From positions 9,786,715 to 9,850,714 of the forward strand of contig CM108483.1 of NCBI GenBank assembly GCA_048537945.1: 64,000 nt of DNA, given 5' to 3'. Both the position numbers and the translations under genes were made by a program. Below, one piece after another: positions 39,852 to 52,578 of the stretch. This stretch comes from Mnemiopsis leidyi (lineage: Eukaryota). A model generated the notes under the pieces. The model was not told where the DNA came from, ran no database searches, and worked only from the letters and a program-made list of their open reading frames with translations. Every line of letters begins with the position of its first letter. Within the stretch, counting starts at the first letter, position 1.

Positions 39852-41159
39852 TTAGGTTGTTCGAAAAAGATTGTCAGTAGTCGAATAAAGGAGCTGATAT
39901 AGTAAAATGGCGGAAAATTTTAATGTATTTGGGAAACATGATCTCCATTAATTTCAGTTACACGTTCTCAGTGGTCACACAGCTTCTTAAGTTGGTCCAT
40001 CAGGATGTTTTCTGACATCAGTCTTATGCTCTGCTGAAGGCGGCCTTGACATCTTCTGGGCCGTTAAAACATAATTTCTAAGGTCCTGCTTGATTTCTCT
40101 TAACATATATCCGTCAAGAAGGTCTGAAACTGGAGAATAGGGTGCCTGGTGAACAACTGAGATTCCGTTCTGTTTATGATAATCTTGCAAAATAGTGGCT
40201 GAGAGAGATTTGCATGGTCCATTGAGGTGTGATTTTTTTCACAGAATGTTTGTGTGTTTTGAGGCACATAAACCTTTTAGATGTGTCATTTAGGTACTTA
40301 ATCATAGTGGTGGCATCAATAGTTGTACCTTGGTGCATCACAGATACTGAAAATCTTTTAGGCTTGCAAGTGAACCTGATTAAACCCATTGTTTTCTTTT
40401 TTGTTAACTTTGACTCACATCTGTCGGTTTCGGGTCTTTTTTGCCAATCCAAACTCTTCCATTGTACTTTTGAGACCACAAAAACCAAGGTTTGTCTTCA
40501 ATGACATAGTTCGACCCCACAAACTGCAGACCCTTGGTGTTAAACAGCTCAAGTAACGCTCTGCAACATGCCACCCAAGCTGTTTTGTTGCCCACTGACA
40601 AAAAATGAGGTACCCAGAAGGCATGCACGTTTCTGAGGATAAGATTCTTAGTTAGAATATCAAAAGCGCATGTCTTTGGTATAGAAAGTCGTTAGGCAAT
40701 ATCAGTGCATGATAATCATGAGTTTTGAGTTTTTATTCGCTTTATTTTCCTGACTGCTTCAGTGGTACAGGTCACAATTGGTCTACCAGGGCTTGTCCTC
40801 TTTTCCTGGTTAAATCGACCATTCAAGATATCTGAAATCCAACAGAAAACATTCCTTTCATTAGGGCTAGCATCCCCGTGAACCGCTACAAGCTCACTAT
40901 GAATGTCTGCAGCAGATAGACCCATCTTGTGTCGAGTCAAAACATTGAAACGAAAATCACGATTCATCTCATTCAGCGGAGGTAGAAAATGAAATCAAAA
41001 AGCTTAGTTTAAAGGGCTGTTTAAGTTCAACCCTTATCCTAAAAATCACTTATCTTTACCTAAAATTGTCTGATAAAACCGATCCTGGTAACGAAGTTTT
41101 ACTCAGACTTTTACTTTTAGAATAAAACGCTCACTGACAATCTTTTTCGAACGCACTAA
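39852..41159 (-). mobile_element. Degenerate mariner-like (Tc1/mariner) element, 1308 bp, with ~32 bp imperfect TIRs and flanking TA dinucleotides
   Basis: Left end ttaggttgttcgaaaaagattgtcagtag. The reverse complement of the right end is ttagtgcgttcgaaaaagattgtcagtgag. Minus-strand ORF fragments carry the mariner transposase HTH (SPGRPIVTCTTEAV), DEKWF-like (IEDKPWFLW) and C-terminal HQAPYSP..D motifs. Confidence 0.85.
39987..40967 (-). pseudogene. Mariner transposase open frame broken into at least 4 frameshifted ORF fragments
   Basis: Track ORFs 40716-40967, 40404-40628, 40174-40488 and 39987-40190 (all minus) each match successive parts of mariner transposase but lie in different frames. 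Confidence 0.8.
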
Positions 41160-41203
41160 TATTTTAGTCGGAACTAGAGTCGATCTATCATCCACAGGAG
41201 AAT

Positions 41204-41270
41204 TGTCTGACTTTGTCCGACTCTCATTCGAGAGAATAAAATGACGGGAGGGTGCGCGCTGCTGTACAAC
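41204..41270 (+). repeat. Copy 3 of the ~70 bp motif, directly abutting the mariner right end
   Basis: Sequence identity to copies 1 and 2. Confidence 0.75.
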
Positions 41271-41866
41271 AGGAGAACTACTATCTCCGCAAGCCACTGT
41301 CTTGAATCAGGATTTGGAATTTAGATCTACCTTATTTGCCTCAACTTACTGATTTTCAAGTGTTCACTCCACTTGATTAATAGCCAAGAGTTGAGGACGG
41401 CTTGTACAGTTTTAAAACTCTGCTCCTTATTTTTCCGGTGGTTTCAGTAGCTTTTCATGTAGAACATCATTGCTGTGCTAACACCATGCTTTAGCCTTTA
41501 TTCAGTGCCAAAGCTTTCGAGCCACTTAGATGTACAGACAGGCAGCGATAAACAACCTAAACTGACTTAAAAGTCAGTTTTTACGCTTTGAACTTGACCA
41601 GAGTCCTGTGCCTGGGCCCATCACTTTTTGCATGTAAAGATGCCATTAGATATTTTTTATTTAAAGTGCAGTAAAACATACATTTTCAGTGAAATGTTAC
41701 CTGCAGTGATTTAATCCCCTGTCAATTAGTAGGAATAATTGGCAGGTGGCCTGATTTTTTGGGACTTCACAATAATCAATCTTCAGTATAGGCCATTGGA
41801 GTAAGTGTAAGCTTAGGTGTGATTTAGTTAGAAAAAGTTGATATTGTTTAAAACACAATAACTTAA

Positions 41867-43183
41867 TTGTTTACTTCAGCTATCAAAATGCCGATTCCAA
41901 ATCAACAGACTGCCTCTGAAGTTATGAAAGAGCGCGAAAGGCTTTACAAGCTTATTATCGGTCAACTCCGTAAAGACAAATTTGAGACTGTTGCATATGA
42001 GTTAACAGTTGCGCTCAAGAATGCCACTGGTGGATTTATGATTCAGAGTGCTCCTACAAATAGGCTTAGTCAGCTAGTCCAGTATGGAATAAAATATGAA
42101 GAACTTAATGAAGAGACTGAGACGCATAGCAAAAAGCTTGAGAAAGCCACAAACCTTGGCCCTGGTTTAGATCTAGAGTATGACACAGATGACATGAACT
42201 CCTCTCCTACTGTTATTCAATATGAAACTGCTTATGTTACCTCACACAAAGCCCCCTGTCGTGTTGCCTGCTTTACAGCTGATGGAAAACTCTGTGCTAC
42301 AGGGAGTGTGGATGCAAGTCTAAAAATAATGGATGTTGAACGGATGATTGCCAAATCACAGCAGCTTCAGAGGCAAGAGAACGAAAATCATCCTGTCATA
42401 AGAACTCTTTATGACCATCTTGACTCGATAACTGCACTCACTTTCCATCCTGTTACAACACACTTGGTAAGTGGATCCAAGGACTGCACCATCAAGGTGT
42501 TTGACTTTACCAAAGCTAGCGTGAAAAAAGCAGTCAAGTGTCTGGAGGAGGGGGCATCAGTCAGAAGTTTGGCTTTCCACTCTACAGGGGACTATCTGCT
42601 GATGGCTCTTGATCATCCAGTCATAAGATTGTATGATTATGTCACTCTGAAGTGCTATGTTTGTTCAAATAGTCTGTCACAGCACTCGGGTCCTGTTTTG
42701 GCATTATGTTGGAACTCTGACTGTACAATGTATGCAAGTTGCAGTAGTGACGGTTCCATTAAATTGTGGGATGGTGTTAGCAACAGATGTGTGAAAACCT
42801 TTGATGATGCTCACAACGGTGCTGAAGTGACCAGTGTTCAATTCTCAAGGAATGGGAAATATGTGCTATCCAGTGGAAAGGACAGTGTTGTTAAGCTTTG
42901 GGAGGTTACCAGTGGTAACATCTTGAACGAGTATGTAGGTGTCACTCAGCACAACCACCGAACTGGAGCACAGTTTAACCACACCGAGGACCTGATCATA
43001 GCTCCTGATGAGAAAGGAATGGCTGTTGGGTGCTGGGATGCTCGCACTGCTGAGCCTCACCCCCATTTAGTGTCTGGACACAACAATGTTATTCGGGGAG
43101 CAATTCACTCTCCTACCATGCCAGCATTCATATCTTGCAGTGACGATTTCAGGGCCAGATTTTGGTATTACAGAGGAATTTGA
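41867..43183 (+). CDS. CSTF1: Cleavage stimulation factor subunit 1 (CstF-50) ortholog with N-terminal dimerisation region and WD40 repeats, encoded as a single uninterrupted ORF
   Basis: 438 aa ORF collinear with human CSTF1 over its whole length (LYKLIIGQL, YETAYVTSHKAPCRVA, ENHPVIRTLYDH, SNRCVKTFDDAHNGAEV, FNHTED, CSDDFRARFWY). A possible acceptor (tttacttcag) sits just upstream in the 5' UTR. Confidence 0.9.
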   Translation: MFTSAIKMPIPNQQTASEVMKERERLYKLIIGQLRKDKFETVAYELTVALKNATGGFMIQSAPTNRLSQLVQYGIKYEELNEETETHSKKLEKATNLGPGLDLEYDTDDMNSSPTVIQYETAYVTSHKAPCRVACFTADGKLCATGSVDASLKIMDVERMIAKSQQLQRQENENHPVIRTLYDHLDSITALTFHPVTTHLVSGSKDCTIKVFDFTKASVKKAVKCLEEGASVRSLAFHSTGDYLLMALDHPVIRLYDYVTLKCYVCSNSLSQHSGPVLALCWNSDCTMYASCSSDGSIKLWDGVSNRCVKTFDDAHNGAEVTSVQFSRNGKYVLSSGKDSVVKLWEVTSGNILNEYVGVTQHNHRTGAQFNHTEDLIIAPDEKGMAVGCWDARTAEPHPHLVSGHNNVIRGAIHSPTMPAFISCSDDFRARFWYYRGI

Positions 43184-45002
43184 ATAATACCATTTTTACA
43201 TGAATTTATCCACAGACATTTTATTATGCTTGATTGTTTAGACAGTGACACTTGCTTGTGTGGTTGAAAGATTTAGTCATTGATGTGGATCACAGGATGC
43301 AGTTGATTATGATAGAGCTTGTTTTGCTCTACAGTTTTATTTTTGAATATGATAACTTATTGTTTAAATTTGAATTTGATATTCGACTCTATCATTTCGT
43401 TTACCTTTCAAACTAAACAATGTATGAACTTAATCTTCAAAGTTCAGTTGAAGCAGTCCAGAAAATATACCGAATTTTAAAAAAAGTAAAGATTGCCTTG
43501 ATGATGAGATTGAACTAAAGTTATTTAGTTACGAAGTACTTGGCAGCTGAAATAACATTAAAGGTTCATTTCTAGATCTGTTCCTGGCTGCTGGAGAGAG
43601 TGAAATTCCTGAATTCTTACAAGGTCAGTTCTAGTTGGTCAGTTTCTGTACTGTAGTGAATTATACAGCAAAGCATTGAGGTTCTATAGAAGCTATTTTA
43701 CACCATATTCATGTCACTTGCACTAGGGCAGGAAATTTTTCTTTCTCACCAAAAAGTTTAATTCAAAACTGTTCATAATAAATTATTAGTTGTGTCTTTT
43801 CTCTGCACACTAACTTATTCGCGACTAGTGCACGATGGTCTAGCAGTCACTGCACTGCAAAAAAGTTACTACTATTATTCAACTTCAGTTGTATTACTTT
43901 GCTAATTTTTCAGTAAAATTAATATAGTAATTACACCGTAGTAATACCACTGGAGTGGTATTACTTTATTAATACCATTATAGTAATTACACTCCAGTGG
44001 TATTACTAATTCATGTCCCGAAATCGACCTTAAAACACGATTCTAACCAATTTTTTCTGCTTTGGACAGTTAAGTTAAGTACAGTGCGCGCCAAAATTAA
44101 CTTCCGATGTTGACTGTTGTTTCAATGTGTATCTAGGTCCATGTGGTCGATATTTTTGAAATCACATTCAGGCCAATTTTCTGTGAAAATTTCTGCATTT
44201 TTAGGTCTTTTAAGGCCCTAGAGTCCCAATGTAGGTAATTCTAAATGTAATTCGCCCACCTTTTTGTTGACAAAAGGGTTCGATGGGGTGACAAAAAATG
44301 TCAAGTAAATATCTCTACTTCAAGAATTGGAAGAGAAGTAGCCAAATCACGCATTTGTACTGGATAAGCCTCTGTTAGGAACAATTTTTCCCAGCCAAAA
44401 TCACGTATAGTAGCTAGCTGTCAAAAGCTATGTCTATGGACTTACAGCAAAACTTTCAGCAGGATATCTTGAGATATGACCTAACTACGTCGGCGTCCTA
44501 TTTTCAGTAACGACAAGCACACATAACGACGTCATCAAAATACGGCCCTCTGTTGTCAAACCAAACAGATACTAAAATCTAAGAACAGATAACTTGAACT
44601 TTGGTCTGTCTGCCGACACATTAACAGGCACCTCTATGCTCCGACCCTCAGGGCTCCTTCCCTGTAATTGGTAGGGATATGACACGTGACAGTAGACATG
44701 GTTACCTATTGGTTGCGGGGCTCTAGGCTCTCACTATATTCGGGCTGGGTTAAGAAAACAGTCCACTTTATCGTTTGCAAATCATCAGTAAGATAGGGGG
44801 CTCTCAAATGTTTGATAATTTTCCTGATATTAAACGGTTTGGATAAGTGAACAATTGGGCAAAACTGTGCCTTACGTGGACTAAACTAGTAAAATGCTTG
44901 ATTCCGCTTTACTTTTCCTCTTTCAATTCTTGAGAGCCTGGGATATTTACTTGAAATTTTTTATTTTACACCAGCTGTAATTGTTAACAACGCAGTTGAA
45001 TA

Positions 45003-45175
45003 ATACAGTAATACCACTATTGGTATTGCAATTACCATACGTAATTCCACTCGCAAGCTCGTGAAATTACTTCAATAAATCCACTCGCAAGCTCGTGAAT
45101 TTATTGCATGAATACCACTCGCAAGCTCGTGGTATTAATATGGTAATTGCACTACCAATAGTGGTATTACCGTAT
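45003..45175. repeat. Hairpin (MITE-like) structure of ~35 bp inverted repeats flanking 3 tandem copies of ccactcgcaagctcgtga. A related palindromic segment lies at 43910-44005
   Basis: cagtaataccactattggtattgcaattacc ... ggtaattgcactaccaatagtggtattaccg are mutual reverse complements. Confidence 0.6.
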
Positions 45176-45299
45176 ATAATCAACAATTTTTCTAACCAAA
45201 TTTCTTTTGATAAACCGAATTTAAAATCTTTACGTTTTTAATATTTTTGAATTATTGTTTCGGTTGAAATTATTGCTTTCGTCTAGAATTGGACTTGAT

Positions 45300-45480
45300 T
45301 TTGCGGAACAGAACTGATGTTATCGTCTAGAAAAGTAGAAACTGATGTTAGAAACTGATGTTTGGGTTGGGAAATAATGTTTAGGTTAGAAACTAATGTT
45401 TCAGTCTACATATCAATGTGATTTTTGAAAGTAGAAACTGGTCTTTTGGTAAGAAACTGATATTTCGGTAAACAATTTTT
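45300..45480. repeat. Degenerate tandem array of a ~17 bp unit (agaaactgatgtttNgg)
   Basis: Repeated gtagaaactgatgtt / ttagaaactaatgtt units. Confidence 0.7.
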
Positions 45481-46567
45481 TGCACAGATGGTCTAGCCGC
45501 AACTGCTAAGTTCCAACTGTTACCTTTATCGTTAAAACGGCATCTTATATGAATCTGTGGCATTTCAAGTGCAACTTGATATCTTCGCACCTGTCTTGTA
45601 GTTTTACATTCTCAATGGTCAAGGAAGCACCAGAAAAGGAATAATAAACCTCAGCACAATCGTCAACCTACTCTGAAGACTATTTAAAGCAATAATACCG
45701 TGCCTTCTACTTGGCCGTTGTCATAGTTGTAGTTATAACATAGTATAGGTGCCGTGTGTGAAGATTTATGAATATCGAATTTCACCGCTCAGCTTTGAAT
45801 TTGGTCAATCAGAGTTTGTCTCATTTCTTCCCGTTACAGTAGCTGGATTCCTGTGCGCTAATATAGTATGACTTTGTATCAAGGTAGTCCACTGTATTTC
45901 TATTTGTGCTATTTATTATTTGTTGTTTTATACCCTCGCTCTATCTTGATTATCAAAATGAGACTTTATATTATGCTGTATGTGTTTAGCTTGTTAGATT
46001 AACAAAATGGGTTCGTAGTGTCGTCTTATTGGGCTAACATCAAGCTTGGGTTATCACGTTCGTCAACTAAAGGTAACATGGAGATTTAGATCGAATCTTA
46101 GTGATAATTGTGTTGGGCGAAGTGTGAGTGACGTGTAGATACTAATACAGTAGGGCTAGAGTTTCCATTTGCAGTTCAGATCGATAATAAAGCGGCTTCT
46201 TTAGATCCTCGTACCTTGTTTCGTCTACCTGTACATTTCTCTAATATATTTTGAGTACTTATTTCTCGAAAATCTTCAGCTGGTTTTTACGTAAAGGAAA
46301 TGATAGCGACAGGTTGTACGCCGACAAGTACATAAACAATCAACATATCTAGTATTTATACCTGTACACATGCATTGTTGTGTGGATGTACTGTCATGTA
46401 GACTCGTTAATCTAATTGCTTAACACACGACCACATAGCTAGTTTTGTACTTTTGCTGTGAACAGTATTGTTTTGTACTTGTCCTGCTAGTTTTCTCAAT
46501 TTTAACTCCGTTTTGATTTTATGTCTGTTTCAATCTCCACCAGACTTAGTGAACATATTTTTCCCCT

Positions 46568-49500
46568 TAATTAGGGGGGGGGGGCCACGTCCCTAAAAAG
46601 CCCATTTTTACCTTCGCGGACCCCCGAAGGGCCCTAAAAAATGGGCTTTTTTGGGCCCTAGAAAAAATTAAAATCATGCTTTATATTAGAATAATTTAGA
46701 TCAATTCAAACTCGTTCTTTGCATCGTTTTCAATTTTAAAAGGCACTTTGTATGATTTAACCCGTTGTTCTATTGAAATTTGGTCCCAAAAACTCCTTAT
46801 TTGTCCCAATTTTGATCCCAAAAAGTAGCAACTGTCACTTCATTTGGTAGAGTTTTCATGTACTGCTGGGATGCTACTGTAGCATTACTTAAATAGTAAC
46901 TACTACTGGTTTAATGCAGGGTTTTGGGGGTACTACAAGGATATAACAGGGGGATTACTGGGGTACTACTAGGGTCCAACTGTGGTACCAAGTCGGGGTA
47001 CCACCGTGGTACCACTGGGCTCATACTTTGGTACTACCGGGTTACTACATGGGAGCCACAACTTGGTACTACTAGGATACTACTAGATTACTACTGGAAT
47101 ACTACTCGGATATTACTGGGATGCTAATGGAGTACTACACGAGTACTACTGGGGCACCATTGGGGTACTTCTACACTGGGATACAGCTATGATAATGTGA
47201 TACTACTGGGGTACTACAACTGGTTTACTACGGGAATACTACAAGGGTTCAGCTGGGGTACTACTGGGCCTAAAGCACTACATGGGCACTACTGGGGAAC
47301 TACTAGGATACTAATGGGGTACCAGTAACCACTGGGTTATGACTGGGGTACTACTTTTGTTTATAGGGGTACTATTGGGATAATACTAGGATGCTACTGG
47401 GATATGACTGGTGTACACTTCTGGGGTACTACTGGAGTCCTAGAGGGGAACCTTGGGTACCACTGGGGTACCACAGCTAGGTGACTACTGGGGTAATTCA
47501 GTGGTACAACTGGGACATTACTGGAGTACTTAAGGAGTACTACAAGGGTACTTATATAGGAGTAATATAGGAATACTACCTGGGTACTACAGAATTTCTA
47601 CTCACCAATTGGGTCACTTCTTGGCTTCTACAGGAGTACTAAGTAGGCGTTATACTATGGTACTGCTGTGATGCTACTGGGGTATTATAACTCGGTGATT
47701 TTTGGGATACTGGGGTACTACAGTGGTACTACTGGGATACTACTGAGTCACTACTGGGGTACTACAGTAATACTAATTGGATACTACTGTGTCACTACTG
47801 GGGTACTACAGTGGTACTACTGGAATACTACTGGGGTACTACAGTGGTACTACAGTGATACTACTGGGATACTACTGGGTCACTACTGGAGTACTACAGT
47901 GATACTAATGGGATACTACTGGGTCACTACTGGGGTACTACAGTAGTACTACTGGGATACTACTGAGTCACTACTGAGTACTGGGGTACTACAGTAATAC
48001 TAATGGGATACTACTGTGTCACTACTGGGGTACTACAGTGGTACTACTGGTATACTACTGGGGTACTACAGTGGTACTACAGTGATACTACTGGGATACT
48101 ACTGGGTCACTACTGGAGTACTACAGTGATACTAATGGGATACTACTGGGGCACTACTGGGGTACTACAGTGATACTAATGGGATACTACTGGGTCACTA
48201 CTGGGGTACTACAGTGGTACTACTGGGTTACTACTGGAATACTACTGGGTCACTACTGGGGTACTACAGTGGTACTACTGGGATACTTATGGGATACTAC
48301 TGGGTCACTACTGGGGTACTACTGTGGTACTACTGGGATCTAATGGGATACTACTGGGGCACCACTGGGTTACTAATGGGGTACTACAGTGGTACTACTG
48401 GGATACTACTGGGGTACCACTGGATATTGCTTGAGTTCCAAAGGAGTGATACAGGAGAAACATAGGAATAATCCTGGGCTACCAGTGGATTCCTAATTGG
48501 TACTGCAGGAGTACTACTTGGGTACCATTGTTTCACTTCTGGGGTTCTGCAGACTACCAAGTAGGGGTACTACTATGGTACTGCTTGGATGCTACCCGGG
48601 TACTACAGCTGGATCACTACTGGTGTACTACTGGCTTACTGGGGTACTAAAGAATTGTGCTGAGGTACTACTATAGTATCGTTGCATCGGGGTACTCATA
48701 GGGTACTATTGCACCTTGGGCACTACATGTGCATTAATTGGGCACTGCTGGGTACTACTGGTTCACTACTGTGGTATTACCGTGGTTGTAAAAGGTTCTA
48801 TTGGGATAACACTGGAGAACTACTGGGGTACTACAGGGATACTACAAGGATATTACTGGGGTGCCACTGCGTTATTACTAGGATTCACAAGGAGTGCTAC
48901 AGGCCAGGGGTACCACTGGAGTACTACTTGTGCACTTCAGGAGTACTTGTGGGGTACCATTGGGTTACTATTAGGGTACTTTTGCACTACTTAGTTGGGG
49001 TACTGCCGGGATACTACTGTGATACTACTGGGGTACTGCAAAAGTACTAGTGAGGTACTGCAGTTTTACTAAGTTGGGGCACTACTAAGGTAGTTCTGGG
49101 ATACTTCTCAGTGCTGGAGCACTACAGCTTTGTTACTACTGGGATACTACTGGATAACTTTTGGGATACACCTGGGGTACTACTGTGGTACTACTGGGGT
49201 CGTAGCGGTTTAAATAAGGTACTACTGGGGTATTATATTGCTAGTGAACTACTTGAATACAACTGGGGTACTACTTTGTTATTGCTGGGATACTGCTAGG
49301 GTACTACAGGAATGCTACTGGGTTACTACTGGGGTACTGCAGGGACACTAAAGGGGTGTTCTTGGGGTACAATTGCAGCACCACTGGGGTACAACTGTGG
49401 TACTACCGGGGTACTACATGGGTAGTATAGGAGTGCTTCTGGAGAACTACTCAGTACTGGGGTACAACAGGGACAGAAAAGGGGTTAAATTGGGACACTA

Positions 49501-50136
49501 CGTGGGTACTACAGTGGTATAGGTACTACTGTGGTACTACTTGGTTACTACTGGTGGTCTACAGTGGTTTATAGGGGTACTATTCGGATATTACTGTGGT
49601 ACCACAGGAGTACGACTGACAGCAGGACTAGACCCTGTATGATCTTCTGCATTTAAGCAATAAGACAGAACTTAACTCACTGTTTCATCTCTAAAACTTT
49701 GCCTGACTCTGTTCCTTACAAGTTGCCACTAGGACATAGATTATCATTTCAAGACAGTAATGAACGACCATGATCCCTCTCTTATAGTAGATAATCTCTC
49801 TAACATGTGTTTCTACTTATTTGCCATTGTTGAATGCAAAAATATGGTCTACATCTACTGACTGATCATATATAATGAAGTCTATTCGATGTAAACTAGT
49901 TCTAAAATGATCTCTTTTAAAGCTTTCTCATGGTGAAATTGATGAAAATAACAGTATTTCGGCCAGTTTTGATCATATCTCCCATAATTATAATCCAATA
50001 TACTGCCTAAAGTTGGATAAAGTCATAAAATTTTAGGGCCCAAAAAGTCCCATTTTTACCTTCGGGGACCCCTCAAGGGCCCTTAAAAAATGGGCTTTTT
50101 TGGGCTTTTTAGGGACGTGGCCCCCCCCCCTAATTA
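46568..50136. mobile_element. TIR-bounded element (~3.6 kb) with 35-36 bp near-perfect terminal inverted repeats taattaggggggggggccacgtccctaaaaagccc, a ~60 bp subterminal repeat in direct orientation at both ends, and an interior made almost entirely of satellite. No ORF
   Basis: Left end 46568-46603 equals the reverse complement of 50102-50136, including the G10-11 run. The subterminal cccatttttaccttcgNggaccccNaagggccctaaaaaatgggcttttttgggc appears at both ends in the same orientation. Confidence 0.7.
46920..49620. repeat. Satellite array with base unit ~12 bp (GGGTACTACTGG / GTACTACAGTGG variants). Its core (47700-48300) is organised in ~219 bp higher-order repeats
   Basis: Visible 12-mer periodicity. 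Blocks at 47716, 47935 and 48015 repeat at a 219 bp offset. The plus-strand GYYWGTTG ORFs in the track are repeat-translation artefacts. Confidence 0.9.
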
Positions 50137-52397
50137 TCCCTTACAAAACTGCAGTCTGCATCTAAGTAAGATCATGCAACATCATTAGAACATGTTATAT
50201 CATTCCTTATTGTGGTACACAGAGACTCCTTTACTCTTAAGATGGACTAAAGTATTCATTTATTAGATATTAATTGTTTTGTTCACTCAGCTGTTAAACT
50301 AGACGTTGCAGTTTCAGCTGGTCTAAGTCAAAGTCACCAACCCCAGCACGGTTCCGTGTACCGCATTCCGTAGAATCCAGCTCTAACGTTCTGGCACAGT
50401 CAGGTATTCTAGACTGTGACTCATCTTCTAAATCCAATCTGAAAACAAGATAAGAACCACCTAGTTCCTATCATGCCTGTAATTCGATATTTTCAAGCTT
50501 TCTCCATTTAAACTGTCTGCCTTACCTGCTTTCTTTCACACTGTCTTGCGTCAGCAGCGTCTTCTTGCTTACTTTTTGTAGTTAGCTCTACATGGGGTCG
50601 AGGAAAAGGGAATGATTTTTACTGAATGAGGATTACGGATTATAGTTGAAAACTCTGAAGAGCATATTATAAGAATAGGTTACAAAAGTAAGTCTCCCGG
50701 CTTAGTTTATGACCTTTATTTTCATTTTCAGTATGTGACGTCTCTTTCTCTCTTCAAAGTAGTTCCTAGTCACAAGTGAGGATGTGATAACTTTTGAACA
50801 ATTCAATTACTTTCTTGCTAACTTCGCTCGTATGTGACTGATTTGGATGGTACAGCTTATTCAAGAATGCAGTTTGTTAGACGATGAAGTCTTCGTTAAC
50901 TTTCTTGGTGGTTGAGTTGAGCAGATCGATTGTCTTTAGAGTTTATTATACAATAATTATAGTCATTACCTATCGTTTGACAAGATGCCAAATTCCTTTA
51001 ACTTTATTCTGCTGGCCAGAGCGATATAAAATATGAGTTTAGGCCCGAGCTGTTACGATGACCACGCTCCTCCTCCCACCACACGCCCGGAAATAGATCA
51101 GCTGTAAACACATCGTGGTGGGACCTCCTAAAAATCAATCTGTAATTTGAGCCGTTACAGCCTTTCAATTTTCGTGCCACTTCTGCTTTTCTTAACATTG
51201 TTGCAGTTGAGCCTTTCTGATTTTGATGAAATCAGTCGGCCACAGTCCAAACCACATACACATAGTGTGGCCCTCTCAAATAGTAAAAAGAAGCTCATGA
51301 GAGTCCATGGAAATTGAATACACTTTAGTAAATTGCTTTTTAAATCAGAAACGTTGGTTTTGATTAATTGCTAAGAATTCTAATGACTTTTCTGTTCTGA
51401 AATATATTTAAGTGGTCGATCGGTTTTAAATAGCAGAAATTTCAGTTCTTTATAAACGTGTGACCGAACCTAAAGTCGGTATGCATTATCTTCTCTTCTG
51501 TCACGATGTGACTGTCTGCCGAGACCGGACTTAATCTTTCCTCGCGGGTCATGCTAATTTTCGTAACATGCTTGTACTTGTGAACTGTTTTAAGATTAGT
51601 TGCAGGATTATACAATCTTGCATAGTGGTAGATCTTTCCGCTTTTTACTTATTTTCCTCGCTCACGTACTGATGTTTTGTCTCGACTTTTTGTAAAAGAA
51701 ATAATAATTAGGCTGCTGTGCCCGTCATCAAACTGGAAATTACCTATTTTTGTCATGATTAGAGAATTTTTCGAGAACTATCCGCTCCTTCACTTTCTGT
51801 TACGTGGTTCAACAACACAGTGGCACACTCATACGATAGTTCATTAGGTAGGCTAGATAATTCGCATCTTCCCAGCATGGCATTAGCCGCAATCTTTAAA
51901 TCTACTGTTGTATCATTAGTATTGTTTAAGTCATCCCTGTCTGTGGACACGTGACACAGTGCTTCACCTCCATATACGGTGCCCTGGTCTACACTTTCTG
52001 GGATTGTTATTCCGAGCTAGACTTGGAATCTCTGTAATTGTCCAGACATCTGGCTCCAGCTATATTAAGTGATCTTTTTTTAGGTTGCAGAGTGTTATAT
52101 GATATTGTTAGTCGTTGTTTCATGCTGTCCTTCATTTCATTTCCACCTTTTATTCAATTTTTCCGTAGTTCCTGCCTGTTCATAAATAGTTATATTCCGC
52201 TGCAATCTGGCAATGGCTTTCAAAGTTGTAATGCTGGCCAGCTATTTCATTGGGTAACGACTTTCTGAAATAGTTCTTGTCATTTTCGATTGCCATGTAT
52301 AGTGATACGTCACACGCGTGTATATTGTATAAGTAGCTGAGTACACTGGGTTTAAAAAGTGCAATCAAGTGGTAATGTAACTGCCGAACTAATTCAG

Positions 52398-52578
<181 letters not shown>

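Noticed and set aside
46924-49299. Several plus-strand ORFs encoding GYYWGTTGILLGYY-type peptides
   Set aside because: They are translations of the 12 bp-unit satellite; they have no start context and no complexity, and the same periodicity appears in all frames
46568-50136. piggyBac-like interpretation because of TTAA near the left end
   Set aside because: The right flank does not reproduce TTAA and the TIR sequence does not resemble piggyBac termini (CCCTAGAAAG...), so the superfamily is left unassigned
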